Assembly (NCBI GenBank): GCA_964556755.1
Contig: CAZKXI010000013.1
Span: forward strand, 2,009-66,008
DNA from: an uncultured Eubacteriales bacterium
GTDB lineage: Bacteria > Acidobacteriota > Aminicenantia > Aminicenantales > UBA4085
Length of the DNA: 64,000 nt
Direction of reading: 5' to 3'
Part shown: piece by piece, positions 42,635-55,200 of the stretch
Layout of the letters: each line of letters begins with the position of its first letter
How positions within the stretch are numbered: position 1 is the first letter of the stretch
Made by a program: the position numbers and the translations under genes
The notes under the pieces: generated by a model
Seen by the model: only the letters and a program-made list of their open reading frames with translations
The model's database searches: none
Told to the model about the DNA's origin: nothing

Positions 42635-45007
42635 TCAAAACGTGGTTCCAACGGCGAAGCGGAAGGCGAAGTTGGAATCGGATTCGTAGATCCGGCGGTT
42701 ATTATACGAAAAAATCAGGCGGAAGGGAACCCGCAGGGCGGGCACGAAGATGCGGGCCTCCAGCCCGGTCGAGGTGTAGAGGTCCTTGATGTCGATGGCC
42801 TGGTCGTGGGCCCAGGTGTTGCCCCGGTCGTGGAAGGCGATCAGGTAGAGCGGGCTCTGCGCCCCGCCGACGTGGAGGATGGCCTCGAAGTTCATGACCA
42901 GCTGCTTCTCGCCGCCGGTATTGGTCCCGCTCTCCGAGCGCGGCCCGATGGTGTAGATCTCGTAGCCGCGGATGTTCCGCTCGCCGCCCAGGAAGAAGCG
43001 CTCCCAGAAGGGCACCTGGGTGTCCCCGATGTGGAGAATGTCGCTGTACTCGATGTGGGCGCCCAGGGACAGCGTGCCGCGCTTGATCGGCTGGTAGTGG
43101 GTCAGCTCGATGCGCGGCTTGAACAGGTCGATCTCGCCGCCCAGGAAGGTCCCGGCGTACTTGAAAGATAGGGCCACCATGCTGCCCGAGGTCGGCGTCA
43201 GGGGGCTGTCGATGGTGGTGTAGTACAGGGACGGGGTCAGCGAGTTCATATTGTACTTGCCCCAGCCGAACATGCCCTGGTAGTAGGAGTCGATCATGTA
43301 GGTCAGGTACTGGGCGTACTCGGCCTTCTCCGCCTCGGTGTCGTACTCGTTGTCGGGCAGGGAGATGTCGATGCTCTGGACGCTGAAGGTCAGGTGGCCC
43401 CGCCACATGCCGAACAGCCGGGCCCCGGTGTTCAGGTCGACGCCTTTGGACTTCTGGTTGTAGAGCCAGGGGATGTCCGTCTCCCGGTTATAGATGGTGA
43501 AGCCGGCGCTGATCGGCAGGTCGAAGAGGTAGGGCTCGGTGAAGCCGAACGAGGCGTTGCGGACCCGGGCCCCGTACTGGCCGGCGATCTCGAGGTTCTC
43601 CCCCGCCCCCAGGAAGTTGACCGTGGTGTAGGAGACGGCGACGAAGGTGCCCTCGTAGCCGCTGTAGCCGGCCGTGAACTGGATGTTGTTGCGCTGCAGC
43701 TCCTTGATCGGGACGGTCACGTTGAACTGATTGGGGTTCTCGGGCCGCGGCTGGACGTCGGGGTCCTTCTCCAGGTCGACCAGGCCGAGCTGCTTGACCC
43801 GCAGGACGCTGTTCTTGAAGACGGCCAGGCTGAAGATGTCGCCTTCCCGGATGAGCATCTCCCGCCGGATGACCTTGTCCTTGGTGAAGACGTTGCCCTT
43901 GAATTCGAGCCGGTGCAGGAAGCACGGCTCGCCCTCGAAGATCTGATAGGTGATGTTGACGATCTTGTTCTTGGGATCGAGGTTCTCGACCGGCATGACC
44001 TGGGCGTAGAGGTGGCCGTAGTTGCGGAACAGCTCGCCCAGGTCCTCCACGCTCTTCTCCCGGACCTTGGTGCTGTAGGTCGTCCCGGGCTCGAACTTGA
44101 TGTTGGACATGATGCCCTTCAAGGTGAAGGCCTTGTGGCCCTCGACCTTGACCTCGCCCACCCGGTAGGGATAGCCGGCCTCGACCGGGACGGTGACCTT
44201 CATCATCTTCTGGGGCTTGCTCCAGGGGAAGATCGTCCGCTTGCGGATCTCCTCGATCTTGGGCTGCCCGATGACGGCCTCCATGTAGCCGCGCTCCTGG
44301 TAGATCCTCTTCAGCCCGGCGATGTCGTCGGCCAGCTTGCCCGGCTTGAAGACGTCCTTGCCGCTGATCACGCCAAAGAGGCTGTGGGGCTGGTTCTGCT
44401 TGAAGGCCCGCCGCAAGAGGCTGGGGGCCAGCTTGAGGCGCCCGGTGAAGGCGACCTCGCCCAGGCGGACCTTGGGGCCCTCGTCGATCTTGAAGACGAC
44501 GTCGACCTCGTTGCGGCCCTTGCGGTCGGTGACGACCTCGACGGTTCCCGCGCCCAAGCCCTTCTCGGCCAGCAGCTCCATGATCGTCTCGCGGGCCCGC
44601 TCCAGCTTGGTCGGGTTGTAGTTGCTGTAGGCCAGGACGTACTCGTCCTTCTCCTTGAGCTTGTTGGTGATGTCCTCTTCCTTAAGCTTGCGGCCGGTCT
44701 TGAAGACGACCGACTTGATCAGGGGCGTCTCCTGGACGGTGATGGTCACGATCCGGCCGCGGGGCCCGGCCGCCTGGGTGATCCGGACGTCGGCGAAGAA
44801 GCCCGTCGACCAGAGGACCCGGAAGTCCTTGCGCAGCAGCTCCGCGTTGAAGTAGTCCCCCTCCCGCGAGGCCAGATAGTACATGATCGTGTCTTTGGTC
44901 ACCCGCTCGTTGCCGACCACCTCGATGCGGTCGATCATCTCCTGGGCCGAGGCGGCCAGGGGCGCGAGCGCGAGCAGGAGCCAGAGGAGCGCGGAAAGCT
45001 TTCTCAT
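42635..45007 (-). CDS. bamA: Outer-membrane protein assembly factor BamA
   Basis: POTRA repeats (IEVVGNERV, KIDEGPKV, IFEGE..TKDKVIRRE), NFLGAG, FFLGGERNIRGY, C-terminal F. Confidence 0.95.
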   Translation of the reverse strand: MRKLSALLWLLLALAPLAASAQEMIDRIEVVGNERVTKDTIMYYLASREGDYFNAELLRKDFRVLWSTGFFADVRITQAAGPRGRIVTITVQETPLIKSVVFKTGRKLKEEDITNKLKEKDEYVLAYSNYNPTKLERARETIMELLAEKGLGAGTVEVVTDRKGRNEVDVVFKIDEGPKVRLGEVAFTGRLKLAPSLLRRAFKQNQPHSLFGVISGKDVFKPGKLADDIAGLKRIYQERGYMEAVIGQPKIEEIRKRTIFPWSKPQKMMKVTVPVEAGYPYRVGEVKVEGHKAFTLKGIMSNIKFEPGTTYSTKVREKSVEDLGELFRNYGHLYAQVMPVENLDPKNKIVNITYQIFEGEPCFLHRLEFKGNVFTKDKVIRREMLIREGDIFSLAVFKNSVLRVKQLGLVDLEKDPDVQPRPENPNQFNVTVPIKELQRNNIQFTAGYSGYEGTFVAVSYTTVNFLGAGENLEIAGQYGARVRNASFGFTEPYLFDLPISAGFTIYNRETDIPWLYNQKSKGVDLNTGARLFGMWRGHLTFSVQSIDISLPDNEYDTEAEKAEYAQYLTYMIDSYYQGMFGWGKYNMNSLTPSLYYTTIDSPLTPTSGSMVALSFKYAGTFLGGEIDLFKPRIELTHYQPIKRGTLSLGAHIEYSDILHIGDTQVPFWERFFLGGERNIRGYEIYTIGPRSESGTNTGGEKQLVMNFEAILHVGGAQSPLYLIAFHDRGNTWAHDQAIDIKDLYTSTGLEARIFVPALRVPFRLIFSYNNRRIYESDSNFAFRFAVGTTF

Positions 45008-45086
45008 AATCCCATCCTTATAGCATAACGGCCGCCCCGAGGGAAGGCTGGGGGAAGGAGCTCCGGCGGCGCGGACGTCCATGCCC

Positions 45087-45788
45087 TCAAGAACGCGCCG
45101 GAGGGGCAATCCGTTTCAATTCGCCCCGCTCCATCATGAAGGCCCGGCCGCAGTACCGGGCCACGGCTTCGCTGTGGGTCACGATCACCGCCGTCAGTCC
45201 CGTCCGGGCCTGCAAGTCCAGCAGCAATTTGAGGATCTGCTCGCCGGTCTTCCAGTCCAGGTTGCCGGTCGGCTCGTCCGCCAGAAGCAGCCGGGGGCGC
45301 TTGGCCAAAGCCCGGGCCAGGGCCACCCGCTGCTGCTCTCCGCCCGAGAGCTGGGCCGGACGCCGCCCGGCCTTGTCCGGCAGGCCGACCTCCTCGAGGA
45401 GGCTTGAGGCCCGGTCCAGAGCGGCCGCCTTCCCCTCCCCTCCGATCATCAGGGGCAGGGCGATGTTCTCGACGGCTGTGAACTCGGGCAGCAAGTGATA
45501 GAACTGGAAGACGAATCCTATCTTGCGGTTGCGGATCCGGGCCAGCTCCCGCCCGTCCTTGCCATAGAGGTCCTCCCCGTCCAAATAGACCCGGCCCTGG
45601 CTGGGCCGGTCCAGGGCCCCCAGCAGGTTGAGCAGGGTCGTCTTGCCGACGCCGGAGACGCCCATGACGGCGGCCACATCGCCGCCCTGAAGCTCCAGAT
45701 CCAAGCCGCTGAAGACCCGCAGCTTCTCTCCCCCCGGCAGGGGGTACTCCTTGCCCAGGCCGATAGCGCGGACGACGGGATCACTCAT
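45087..45788 (-). CDS. lolD: Lipoprotein-release ABC ATPase
   Basis: GVSGVGKTT, IGFVFQFYHLL, LSGGEQQRVA, DEPTGNLD. Confidence 0.9.
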   Translation of the reverse strand: MSDPVVRAIGLGKEYPLPGGEKLRVFSGLDLELQGGDVAAVMGVSGVGKTTLLNLLGALDRPSQGRVYLDGEDLYGKDGRELARIRNRKIGFVFQFYHLLPEFTAVENIALPLMIGGEGKAAALDRASSLLEEVGLPDKAGRRPAQLSGGEQQRVALARALAKRPRLLLADEPTGNLDWKTGEQILKLLLDLQARTGLTAVIVTHSEAVARYCGRAFMMERGELKRIAPPARS

Positions 45789-46998
45789 ATTTGAGGGCCG
45801 TTACCGGATCGACCTTAGCCGCCCGGCCCGAGGGGAAGAGGGTCGAGAGGAAGCTGATGGCCAAGGACACGCCCAGGATGAGAGCCAGATCGGGGATCCG
45901 GATATGGAAGGGGACGAAGGAGATCTGGTAGATGTCGACCGGGACGCGAATCAGCTTGAGGGCATTGGCCAGGACGCACCAGCCCAGGCCGAGTCCGGCC
46001 CCCAGGGACGTTCCGGCCAGCCCGATGGTGGCGCCCTGGAGGAAGAAGATGCGCCGGATGTCGGCCGGATTCGCGCCCAGGGACATCAGGATGCCGATGT
46101 CCCGGGTCTTCTCCATGACCATCAGGATGAGGGTGGCGATGATGTTGAGCGAAGCCACCAGGACGATCAGGGCGATGGTCAGGAAGATGATGGTCTTCTC
46201 CAGCTTGAGGGCCGAGAAGAGGGATTTATTGAGCTCGGCCCAGGTGGTGATGGCCACCAGGGGCGGGAGCTTGGCTTGGAGCCGGGCCTTGAAGTCCGGG
46301 GCGGCGAAGACGTCCTTCAGCATGACCTGGAGGTAGCTGACGCCCCCGCCCAGATCGAGCCACTTCTGGGCCGCGGCCAGGGGAATGATGGCCGTTCCGG
46401 AGTCGAACTCGTAGAGTCCGGTGGTGAAGATGCCGCTGACCCGGAAGCTCTTCCGCTTGGGGACCGTACCCAGGGGGGACAGGCGGGAGGAGGACGTCAG
46501 GACGCTGACGACATCCCCGATCCCGGCGCCCAGGGCGTAGGCCAGATCGTGGCCCAGGAGGATGCCGTCGCGGCCGGCTGCGGCCGGAAGCTCGCCGCTC
46601 TCCAGGCGGCCCAGCCAGGGCGATTGGCGGCGCTCCAGCTCCAGGTCCATGCCCTTGAGCATGGCCGGCTGGGCCTTGAGCGGGCCGTGGACCAGGACCA
46701 TGGACAGGGCCACCGGCGAGACCGAGGCCACGCCTTCCATGGCCCGGACCTGGGCCGCCAAGCCGGCCTGGTCGGGCAGGGAATCGCCGGCCAGGTCCGA
46801 GATCATCAGGTGCGAGGTGGCGCTGAGGATCTTGTCCTGGACATCCTCCTGGAAGCCCGTGATCAGGGCCACGGCGATGATCAGGGCGGCCACCCCGATG
46901 GTGATGCCCAGGACGGAGATGAAGGTGATGACCGAGACGAAGGCCTGCTTGCGGCGCGCCGTCAGGTAGCGGCGGGCGACGAAGCCTCCGAATCCCAT
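45781..46998 (-). CDS. lolE: Lipoprotein-release ABC permease LolC/E
   Basis: VARRYL..FVSVITFISVLGI, GLYEFD, NKSLFSALKLEK, EKTRDIGILMSLG. Confidence 0.88.
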   Translation of the reverse strand: MGFGGFVARRYLTARRKQAFVSVITFISVLGITIGVAALIIAVALITGFQEDVQDKILSATSHLMISDLAGDSLPDQAGLAAQVRAMEGVASVSPVALSMVLVHGPLKAQPAMLKGMDLELERRQSPWLGRLESGELPAAAGRDGILLGHDLAYALGAGIGDVVSVLTSSSRLSPLGTVPKRKSFRVSGIFTTGLYEFDSGTAIIPLAAAQKWLDLGGGVSYLQVMLKDVFAAPDFKARLQAKLPPLVAITTWAELNKSLFSALKLEKTIIFLTIALIVLVASLNIIATLILMVMEKTRDIGILMSLGANPADIRRIFFLQGATIGLAGTSLGAGLGLGWCVLANALKLIRVPVDIYQISFVPFHIRIPDLALILGVSLAISFLSTLFPSGRAAKVDPVTALKYE

Positions 46999-47012
46999 GC
47001 CTTCCTCCGTCC

Positions 47013-48545
<1,533 letters not shown>

Positions 48546-48987
48546 GGGTGTCGGTTTCCTCGCTCGATTCCTTGCCGGCCAGGCGCCGGCGGACGGCGTC
48601 CAGGACGCCGTTGACGAAGACGGCGGACTCCTCGCCGCTGAAGCGCCTGGCGATCTCGATGGCCTCGTTGATGACGATGGCCGGGGCTAAGGTCGAACCC
48701 TCGGCCAGGAGCTCCAGGACGGCCAGCCGCAGGACGTTGCGGTCGACCGGGGTCATTCGGGCCACCCGCCAGTGGCGCGACGTGGCTTGGATCAGGGCGT
48801 CCAGCTCGTCCCGGCGGGTCGCCACGCCGCGGACCAGCCAGCCGGCGTACTCGGCCGCGTCCTCGGGCGGGGGCCCGGCCGGGCTCGATCCGGACAGCGC
48901 GGCCTCCGGGCCCTCGCCGTTGAACTCGATCTCGTAGAGGGCCTGCAGCGCCCGCTCGCGGGCGGTCCGGCGCTTCCCCATCGCGGC

Positions 48988-49455
48988 CTACAGACCGGCG
49001 TCCCGGAAGAGGCTGAGGGTCTCGACCAGGGAGAAGGCCGCGTCCCAGCCCTTGTTGCCGGCTTTGGTCCCGGCCCGGTCGATGCCCTGCTCGACCGAGT
49101 CGACGGTCAGGACGCCGTAGGCCACCGGGCGGCCGTGCTGCAGGGCGACCTGGGCCAGGCCCTTGGTCACCTCGGCGCTGAGGTAGTCGAAGTGGGGCGT
49201 CTCGCCCCGGATCAGGGCCCCGACACAGAGGATGCCGTCGAAGGCGCCCGAGGCGGCCAGCTTCTCGGCCGCCTGGGGAATCTCGAAGGCCCCGGGGACC
49301 TTGTACACGCTCAGATCGGACTCCTCGGCTCCCAGCTTGCGGAGCGCGTCCAGAGCCCCCTCCAGCAGCCGTCCCGAGACGAACTGGTTGAACCGGCTGG
49401 CGACGATGGCGATCTTGAAGCCTTGGGCCTGCAGCTTGCCTTCGTGGATTTTCAT
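48988..49455 (-). CDS. ribH: 6,7-dimethyl-8-ribityllumazine synthase
   Basis: ASRFN, VPGAFEIP, IRGETPHF, GVLT, GNKG. Confidence 0.96.
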   Translation of the reverse strand: MKIHEGKLQAQGFKIAIVASRFNQFVSGRLLEGALDALRKLGAEESDLSVYKVPGAFEIPQAAEKLAASGAFDGILCVGALIRGETPHFDYLSAEVTKGLAQVALQHGRPVAYGVLTVDSVEQGIDRAGTKAGNKGWDAAFSLVETLSLFRDAGL

Positions 49456-49584
49456 GGCCGCTCCTCCGTTCGATGGGCGTCGACCTATTCTACAGGGTTG
49501 CGGCCGGCTTGTAAATGAGGCGGGGATGTGGTCTACTGGCCCTTCCGGGCGCCTCGCGCCCGTTCCCCTGTGGAGGTTTCACCC

Positions 49585-52020
49585 ATGTCATCCTCGAGCG
49601 ACGACTCCCGCGTTCCCCTGGACAAGCTCCGCTGGCGCTGCGACCCGGCCGGGCTGCCCTACGAGACGAGCAGCCTCTGCCCGGCCTGCGAGGAGATCAT
49701 CGGCCAGGACCGGGCCCTGCGGGCCCTGATGACCGGGCTGGACATCAAGAGTCTGGGCTACAACATCTTCATCACCGGGATGGCCGGCACCGGCCGCACG
49801 ACCACCATCAAGCAGCTGCTGGAGCGGCTGGAGAAGGGCGACCAGCCGCCCGACGACATCCTCTACGTCAACAACTTCAAGTATCCCGACGAGCCGACCC
49901 TGCTCTTCCTCCCAGCCGGCCAGGGCAAGCTCTTCGCCGCCGCCATGGCCAACCTGCTGGACAAGCTCAAGGCCGGCATCCCGGTCCTGTTCAAGAGCAG
50001 CTTCTATACCGACCGGCGCGACGCCATCGTCGAGGAGCAGCAGGCCAAGCAGAAGGAGATCCTGCAGGGCTTCGAGGCGGAGACGGCCGCGGCCGGCTTC
50101 TCCGTCATCCAGGTCCAGATGGGCCTCTTCGTCAAGCCGGACCTCATCCCGGTCATCGACGACCAGCCGACCCCCTTCCCCAAGCTCGAAGCCCTGGTCA
50201 AGGAGAAGAAGCTGCCGGCCGAGCGCTTCGAGGCCCTCAAGGCCGCCTACGAGACCCTGTCCCAGAAGATGGAGGGCATCTTCGAGCGCCTTCGCGAGCT
50301 GGAGGAGGAGACCCGGACCCGGCTCAAAGCTTGGGACGCCGAGTCGGTCACCCCGACGGTCCAGTCCTCGGTGGCCGAGATCAACGCCCGCTTCCCCCAC
50401 CCCCGCGTCCCCGAGTACCTGGCCGAGGTCGAGGCCAGCCTGATCGAGAGCATCGACCTGTTCAAGAACCAGAAGAAGGACGAGGACAAGAAGGAGGGGC
50501 CGCCGTCCGACCCCCTGATCGAGTACCGGGTCAACCTCCTGGTCGACAACGGCGACCTCAAGCACTCGCCGGTGGTTATGGAGACCAACCCCAACTACCT
50601 CAACCTGTTCGGCTCCATCGAGTCGACCATGAACCGCTTCGGCGTCCTGCAGACCGACTTCACCAAGATCAAGGCCGGCTCCTTCCTCAAGGCCAACGGC
50701 GGCTACCTGGTGGTCAACGCCCTGGACGCCCTGGTCGAGAACGGGGTCTGGGCCACCCTCAAGCGGACCCTCCGCAACCAGGTCTTCGAGCTGCAGAACT
50801 ACGCCGGGCTGTTCCTCTTCTCCTCGGCCCGTCTCAAGCCGCAGCCGATCAAGATCAACGTCAAGCTGGTCATGATCGGGGACGAGGAGATCTACTCCCT
50901 GCTCTACGCCATGGACGAGGACTTCCGCAAGGTCTTCAAGATCAAGGCCGAGTTCGACTCCGAGATGGCCAAGTCCGAGGCCGCGGTCAAGGACTACATC
51001 CGGTTCATCAAGAAGATCGGCGAGGAGGACGGCCTGCGGCCCTTCGACCGGACCGGCATGGCCGCGGTCATCGAGTACGGGACCCGCATCGCCGGACGGC
51101 ACCAGAAGCTGAGCACCCGCTTCAACGTCATCGCCGACGTCATCCGCGAGTCGAGCTACTGGGCGGTCAAGGACGGCGCAGCGGCCGTGGCCGGGCGGCA
51201 CGTCGAGCGGGCCGTCCACGAGCGCTTCGAGCGCGTCTCCCTGATCGAGGACAAGATCCAGGAGATGATCGACGACGGCTCCATCCTCATCGACGCCGCC
51301 GGCTCGGCCGTCGGGCAGGTCAACGGGCTAGCTGTCTACAACATGGGCCAGTTCTCCTTCGGCAAGCCGGCCCGCATCACGGCCCGCGTCTCTGTCGGAC
51401 GGTCCGGGATCGTCAACATCGAGCGGGAGGCCGAGATGAGCGGGTCCACCCACAGCAAGGGCGTCCTGATCTTGGGCGGCTTCCTGCGCGGGCTGTTCGC
51501 CCGCCGCAAGCCCTTCGCGCTGTCCGCCTCCATCGCCTTCGAGCAGAGCTACTCCGGCATCGACGGCGACAGCGCCTCCTCGACCGAGGCCTATGTCCTG
51601 CTCTCGGCCCTGGCCGACCTGCCCCTGCGCCAAGACCTGGCCGTGACCGGGTCCGTGAACCAGAAGGGCGAGATCCAGCCGATCGGCGGGGTCAACGAGA
51701 AGATCGAGGGCTTCTTCGACGTCTGCTCGGCCAAGGGCCTGACCGGGACCCAAGGCGTCCTCATCCCGCCCCAGAACGTCCAGAACCTGATGCTGCGCGC
51801 CGACGTCGTCCAGGCCGCGGCCGAGGGCCGATTCCACATCCATACCGTGCGGACGATCGACCAGGGCATCGAGATGCTGACCGGCGTTCCGGCCGGGCGG
51901 ACCTCCGAGGAAGGGGTCTTCCTCCCCGGCTCGGTCTACGACCGGGTGGACAAGGAGCTCGTTCGACTGGCCAAGGCGGCCAAGGATTTCTACGAGGACG
52001 AGAAGGCCAAGAAAGACTAG
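49585..52020 (+). CDS. Lon-like protease (LonC/AAA_32 type)
   Basis: IIGQDRA, GTGRTT, KANGGYL, VGQVNGL, FGKPARIT, FEQSYSGIDGDSAS (Ser), GGVNEKIEG (Lys). Confidence 0.92.
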   Translation: MSSSSDDSRVPLDKLRWRCDPAGLPYETSSLCPACEEIIGQDRALRALMTGLDIKSLGYNIFITGMAGTGRTTTIKQLLERLEKGDQPPDDILYVNNFKYPDEPTLLFLPAGQGKLFAAAMANLLDKLKAGIPVLFKSSFYTDRRDAIVEEQQAKQKEILQGFEAETAAAGFSVIQVQMGLFVKPDLIPVIDDQPTPFPKLEALVKEKKLPAERFEALKAAYETLSQKMEGIFERLRELEEETRTRLKAWDAESVTPTVQSSVAEINARFPHPRVPEYLAEVEASLIESIDLFKNQKKDEDKKEGPPSDPLIEYRVNLLVDNGDLKHSPVVMETNPNYLNLFGSIESTMNRFGVLQTDFTKIKAGSFLKANGGYLVVNALDALVENGVWATLKRTLRNQVFELQNYAGLFLFSSARLKPQPIKINVKLVMIGDEEIYSLLYAMDEDFRKVFKIKAEFDSEMAKSEAAVKDYIRFIKKIGEEDGLRPFDRTGMAAVIEYGTRIAGRHQKLSTRFNVIADVIRESSYWAVKDGAAAVAGRHVERAVHERFERVSLIEDKIQEMIDDGSILIDAAGSAVGQVNGLAVYNMGQFSFGKPARITARVSVGRSGIVNIEREAEMSGSTHSKGVLILGGFLRGLFARRKPFALSASIAFEQSYSGIDGDSASSTEAYVLLSALADLPLRQDLAVTGSVNQKGEIQPIGGVNEKIEGFFDVCSAKGLTGTQGVLIPPQNVQNLMLRADVVQAAAEGRFHIHTVRTIDQGIEMLTGVPAGRTSEEGVFLPGSVYDRVDKELVRLAKAAKDFYEDEKAKKD

Positions 52021-52028
52021 AGGGCATC

Positions 52029-52195
52029 GGGGTTCGAGGGGCAGGCACGCGCGTTTCCCCACACCGTTTTTATGAAAACGGTGTACGCTCCTCGCTCGCT
52101 CTCCCTGCTCCGCAGGGAACCGTGCCCGCTCGCTCGTCCACCCTAAGCTTGCGCTTAGGGCTGCAAAGCCCGCATACCTGCCCCCCCGAATCCCC
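52029..52195 (-). repeat. Intergenic multi-hairpin element (REP/MITE-like or structured RNA)
   Basis: Outer arms 52038-52051 and 52171-52184 enclose perfect hairpins at 52061-52084, 52102-52118 and 52141-52160, plus direct repeats CGCTCGCTC. Confidence 0.7.
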
Positions 52196-52256
52196 TCCCC
52201 CCTCAGGCCTCCTCAGACCGCGTCTCTCGCCGGGCTGGATCCCGGGCGCCCGTCGC

Positions 52257-55200
52257 TCATTCCAGGATCAAGAGCCAGCCTCTGCCGGGCTCGAGCGGGA
52301 TCGGCTCGCCCGGGGCGAAGGAGGCGGCCAGCTGGAAGTCGGGGATCTCCGGGGCTCGCAGGCGGGCCCGCCGGGGATCGAGGCCGAGCGCCTTCCAGTC
52401 GATCTTCAAGGCGGTCCGGACCGGCCCCCTTGCCCAGGAGGCCAGGGCGATCAGGCTCCGGCCTTTCCGGCGGTAGACGGTCGCCTTGACCCCCGGGTCC
52501 TCCGGTCGGACCGGGCAGCCGTCCGACCACCAGCCGAGCATCTCGGCTTGGGAGATGCCGAAGGCGTCCCAGACCTTCCACAGCCGTGAGGGGTCGGGGC
52601 CGGACCAGGGCTTGCGGTTGGTCATGCCGAAGACCATGCCCCGCCAGGGATTGCCGCCGTCCTGGAGCATCTCGCCCATCAGGCCGAAGGGGATGCCCGA
52701 GACCTCGACCAGCCAGAAGTCGGCCGGCGAGCCCTCATAGTCGAAGTACTCGCCGAACCACAGCCGGTCGAGATAGGGAAAGTGCTCCAGATACAGGGTG
52801 GCGCTGGAGACGAAGCCGTCGCGCGGATTGTACTGGTTGGCCGAGTGCAGGTCGATGAGAGCGGCCGGGCGGTTGCGGTCCAGGACCTTGCGGACCCGCT
52901 TCATGGTCGTCCGGTCGAAGGCCACGTCGTCCAGGTAGAGCCCGTCGATTCCGACATGGCGGGCCAGCCAGTCGAGCCCCTCGATGTAGTAGTTGTGCCA
53001 GCGCGACATGCCGCTGTTGATGACGGCGGCGTCCCGCAGCTCGGGGACGTACCAGGCCGGGATGTAGTCCGAGCCCAGGTGCTCCTGCAGCCAGGACGAC
53101 CCTCCCCCGGGGCCGGCGGTGAAGATCTCGTGGCCCAGGCTGCGCAGGGCGAAGATCTCCGGGGCCCGGTTGGAGAGCTCCCGGACGGTGTCATAGATCT
53201 TGACCCGGAGGCCGAGGCGATGGGCCTCGTCGATGTAGGCCTTCATCGCCGGAACCCGCAGGAAGGGATAGTTGATGTAGGGATTGACCGCGTTGGCGTG
53301 GTGGACGTTGACCACGTTGGCCCCTTCGGCGGCCGCTTCGGACGGCGGCTTGGGAGCATGGAGGAAGCGGGTGGCGAAGTGCCCGGCCGGATCGATGGGC
53401 TTAAAAGGGGTCAGGTGGAGGATGAAGTCGAAGTGGAGGTCCCGGCCGGGCTCGAGCCGCCTCTCCCCTCCCGAGGCGGCATAGAGCACGACGCCGGGCC
53501 GGGTCCGGCCGACCCGGACGGTCCCCTTGCCGTCATTCCACCAGGAGGGAGGCAGGGCCAGCGGCTTGCTCTGGTAGAAGTTGGTGTTGAGAGGGCGGCT
53601 GTAGTTTTCGGCCCGCAGGCCGACCTGCATCCCGGCGTCGACGTCGCCCAGCCAGAGCGAGTCCTGGTTCTTCTTCTGGTCCCAAGACCATTGGAGCTCG
53701 GACGGGCGCAATCCGCCCTTGGCGCCGAGGCCCATCATGTACCGGGCCGCGCTCTCGGCCCAAGGGATCTCCAAGCGGATGTCCTTGACCGCCCGGGGCG
53801 ATTCGGCCGCCAGCCGGACCTTGAACTCCAGGAAGCCGTCCGCCTCCATCGCTCCCCGGCCCTCCAGCCGCAAGCCCGCCTCCGAAGACCGGAAGGTCCA
53901 TTCGACCCGGCCCGGCGACCGGCGGGTGAAAGCCATGCCCTCCGGCTTCCAAGCCAGCCGCTCGCCCTTCTCGTCCAGGACGACCAGGGCCATGGGCCCG
54001 GCCAAGACGTCCTTGGCTTTGCCGCTCAGGCCCGTGACTTCGGGCCGGAAGTAGCTGCGGATCGCCTCCGGCAAGCCGTCCAGCCCCAAGCTCACCTCCC
54101 GGCCCAGGCAGCCTACGGTTCGGTCGTTGACGGTCAGGGGCGTGAACGGCTTGACCACCTCGTCATCCATGGCCAGAGTCGAGTCGAGCCAGCGGAGGCG
54201 CGACAGCCGCTCCGGCTCCGAGTCGCCGCCGTCGGGCAGGACGGCCGGCGAGACCGTCAGCGCCAAACGAAAGGCCTGTGACGGGGTCCCCTCGGCGCGC
54301 ACGGACACCTGGCCCTCGTAGCGCCCGGGCGGGAGATCCGCCGGCACCTGGACGCCGCACCAGAGCGCCTGGACCTTGCCGGGCTCCACCGATACGGTCT
54401 TGATCAGCCGCGATCCGTCCCAGTCGACGCCGCCCAGGTTGAAGCAGCGCAGGGCCGAGGCGGGAATCTCGCCTCCTTCCGGCGAGCGGAGAGGGGCGAA
54501 TGTGACGGATACCTTGTCCAGCCGGGAGCCGCAGGCCCAAAGGCCGATCTGGAAGGCGTAGAACTCTCCCTTGGCGGCTTGGCCGGCGAAGACCGCCCGA
54601 GGGCCTTCTTCGGTCCAGCGCAGGGGCACGTCGTCGGTCATGCGGATGGAGAGGCTCCGATCCTCCGGAAAGAGGAGGAAGGGGCGGTCGCTCCACCGCT
54701 CGCGCAAGGCCTTCGTCTCCTCGGGCGAGGCGATGCGCTCCATCTCGGTGAAGGCGTCAAACGGATCGAACGACTCGATCGGCCCCGCCTCCGCCTCGGG
54801 CAAGCCGGCGCCCCCCCCCGCCGCCGTCAAGCCGTGGCGGGCCAGCCAAGCGTCCTCGGCTGTCCGCTCCGGCTCGAGGTAGCGGACCTGGGGGTAGTTG
54901 CGGCTCCCGCCTGAGCGGTAGGGCATGTAGTAGAAGTAGTAAGTCCCGGCGCCCGCGGACGGCTGAAAGACGAGCTCCCCCTCCGTCCTCTCGATCCGGA
55001 CCGGCCAGACGTTGGCCACCCGCCGGCCGGAAGCGTCGGTGACGATAACGGCCTTCTTCTCGGGCGACGGATCGCGCCTCCGCCAGGGGATCTTGACCCG
55101 GACGGCATCCGCCGCGGCCGCGACCCGGACCACGGCCCGGTGGCCGCCCAAGAGTCCGGCATCCCAAGCGGGCCCGGCGGCCGCCGGCCCGGACCCCTGG

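Noticed and set aside
52029-52195. tRNA, CRISPR array or simple rho-independent terminator
   Set aside because: No T-loop, anticodon arm or CCA geometry; no repeat-spacer periodicity; no U-tract after the GC-rich stems
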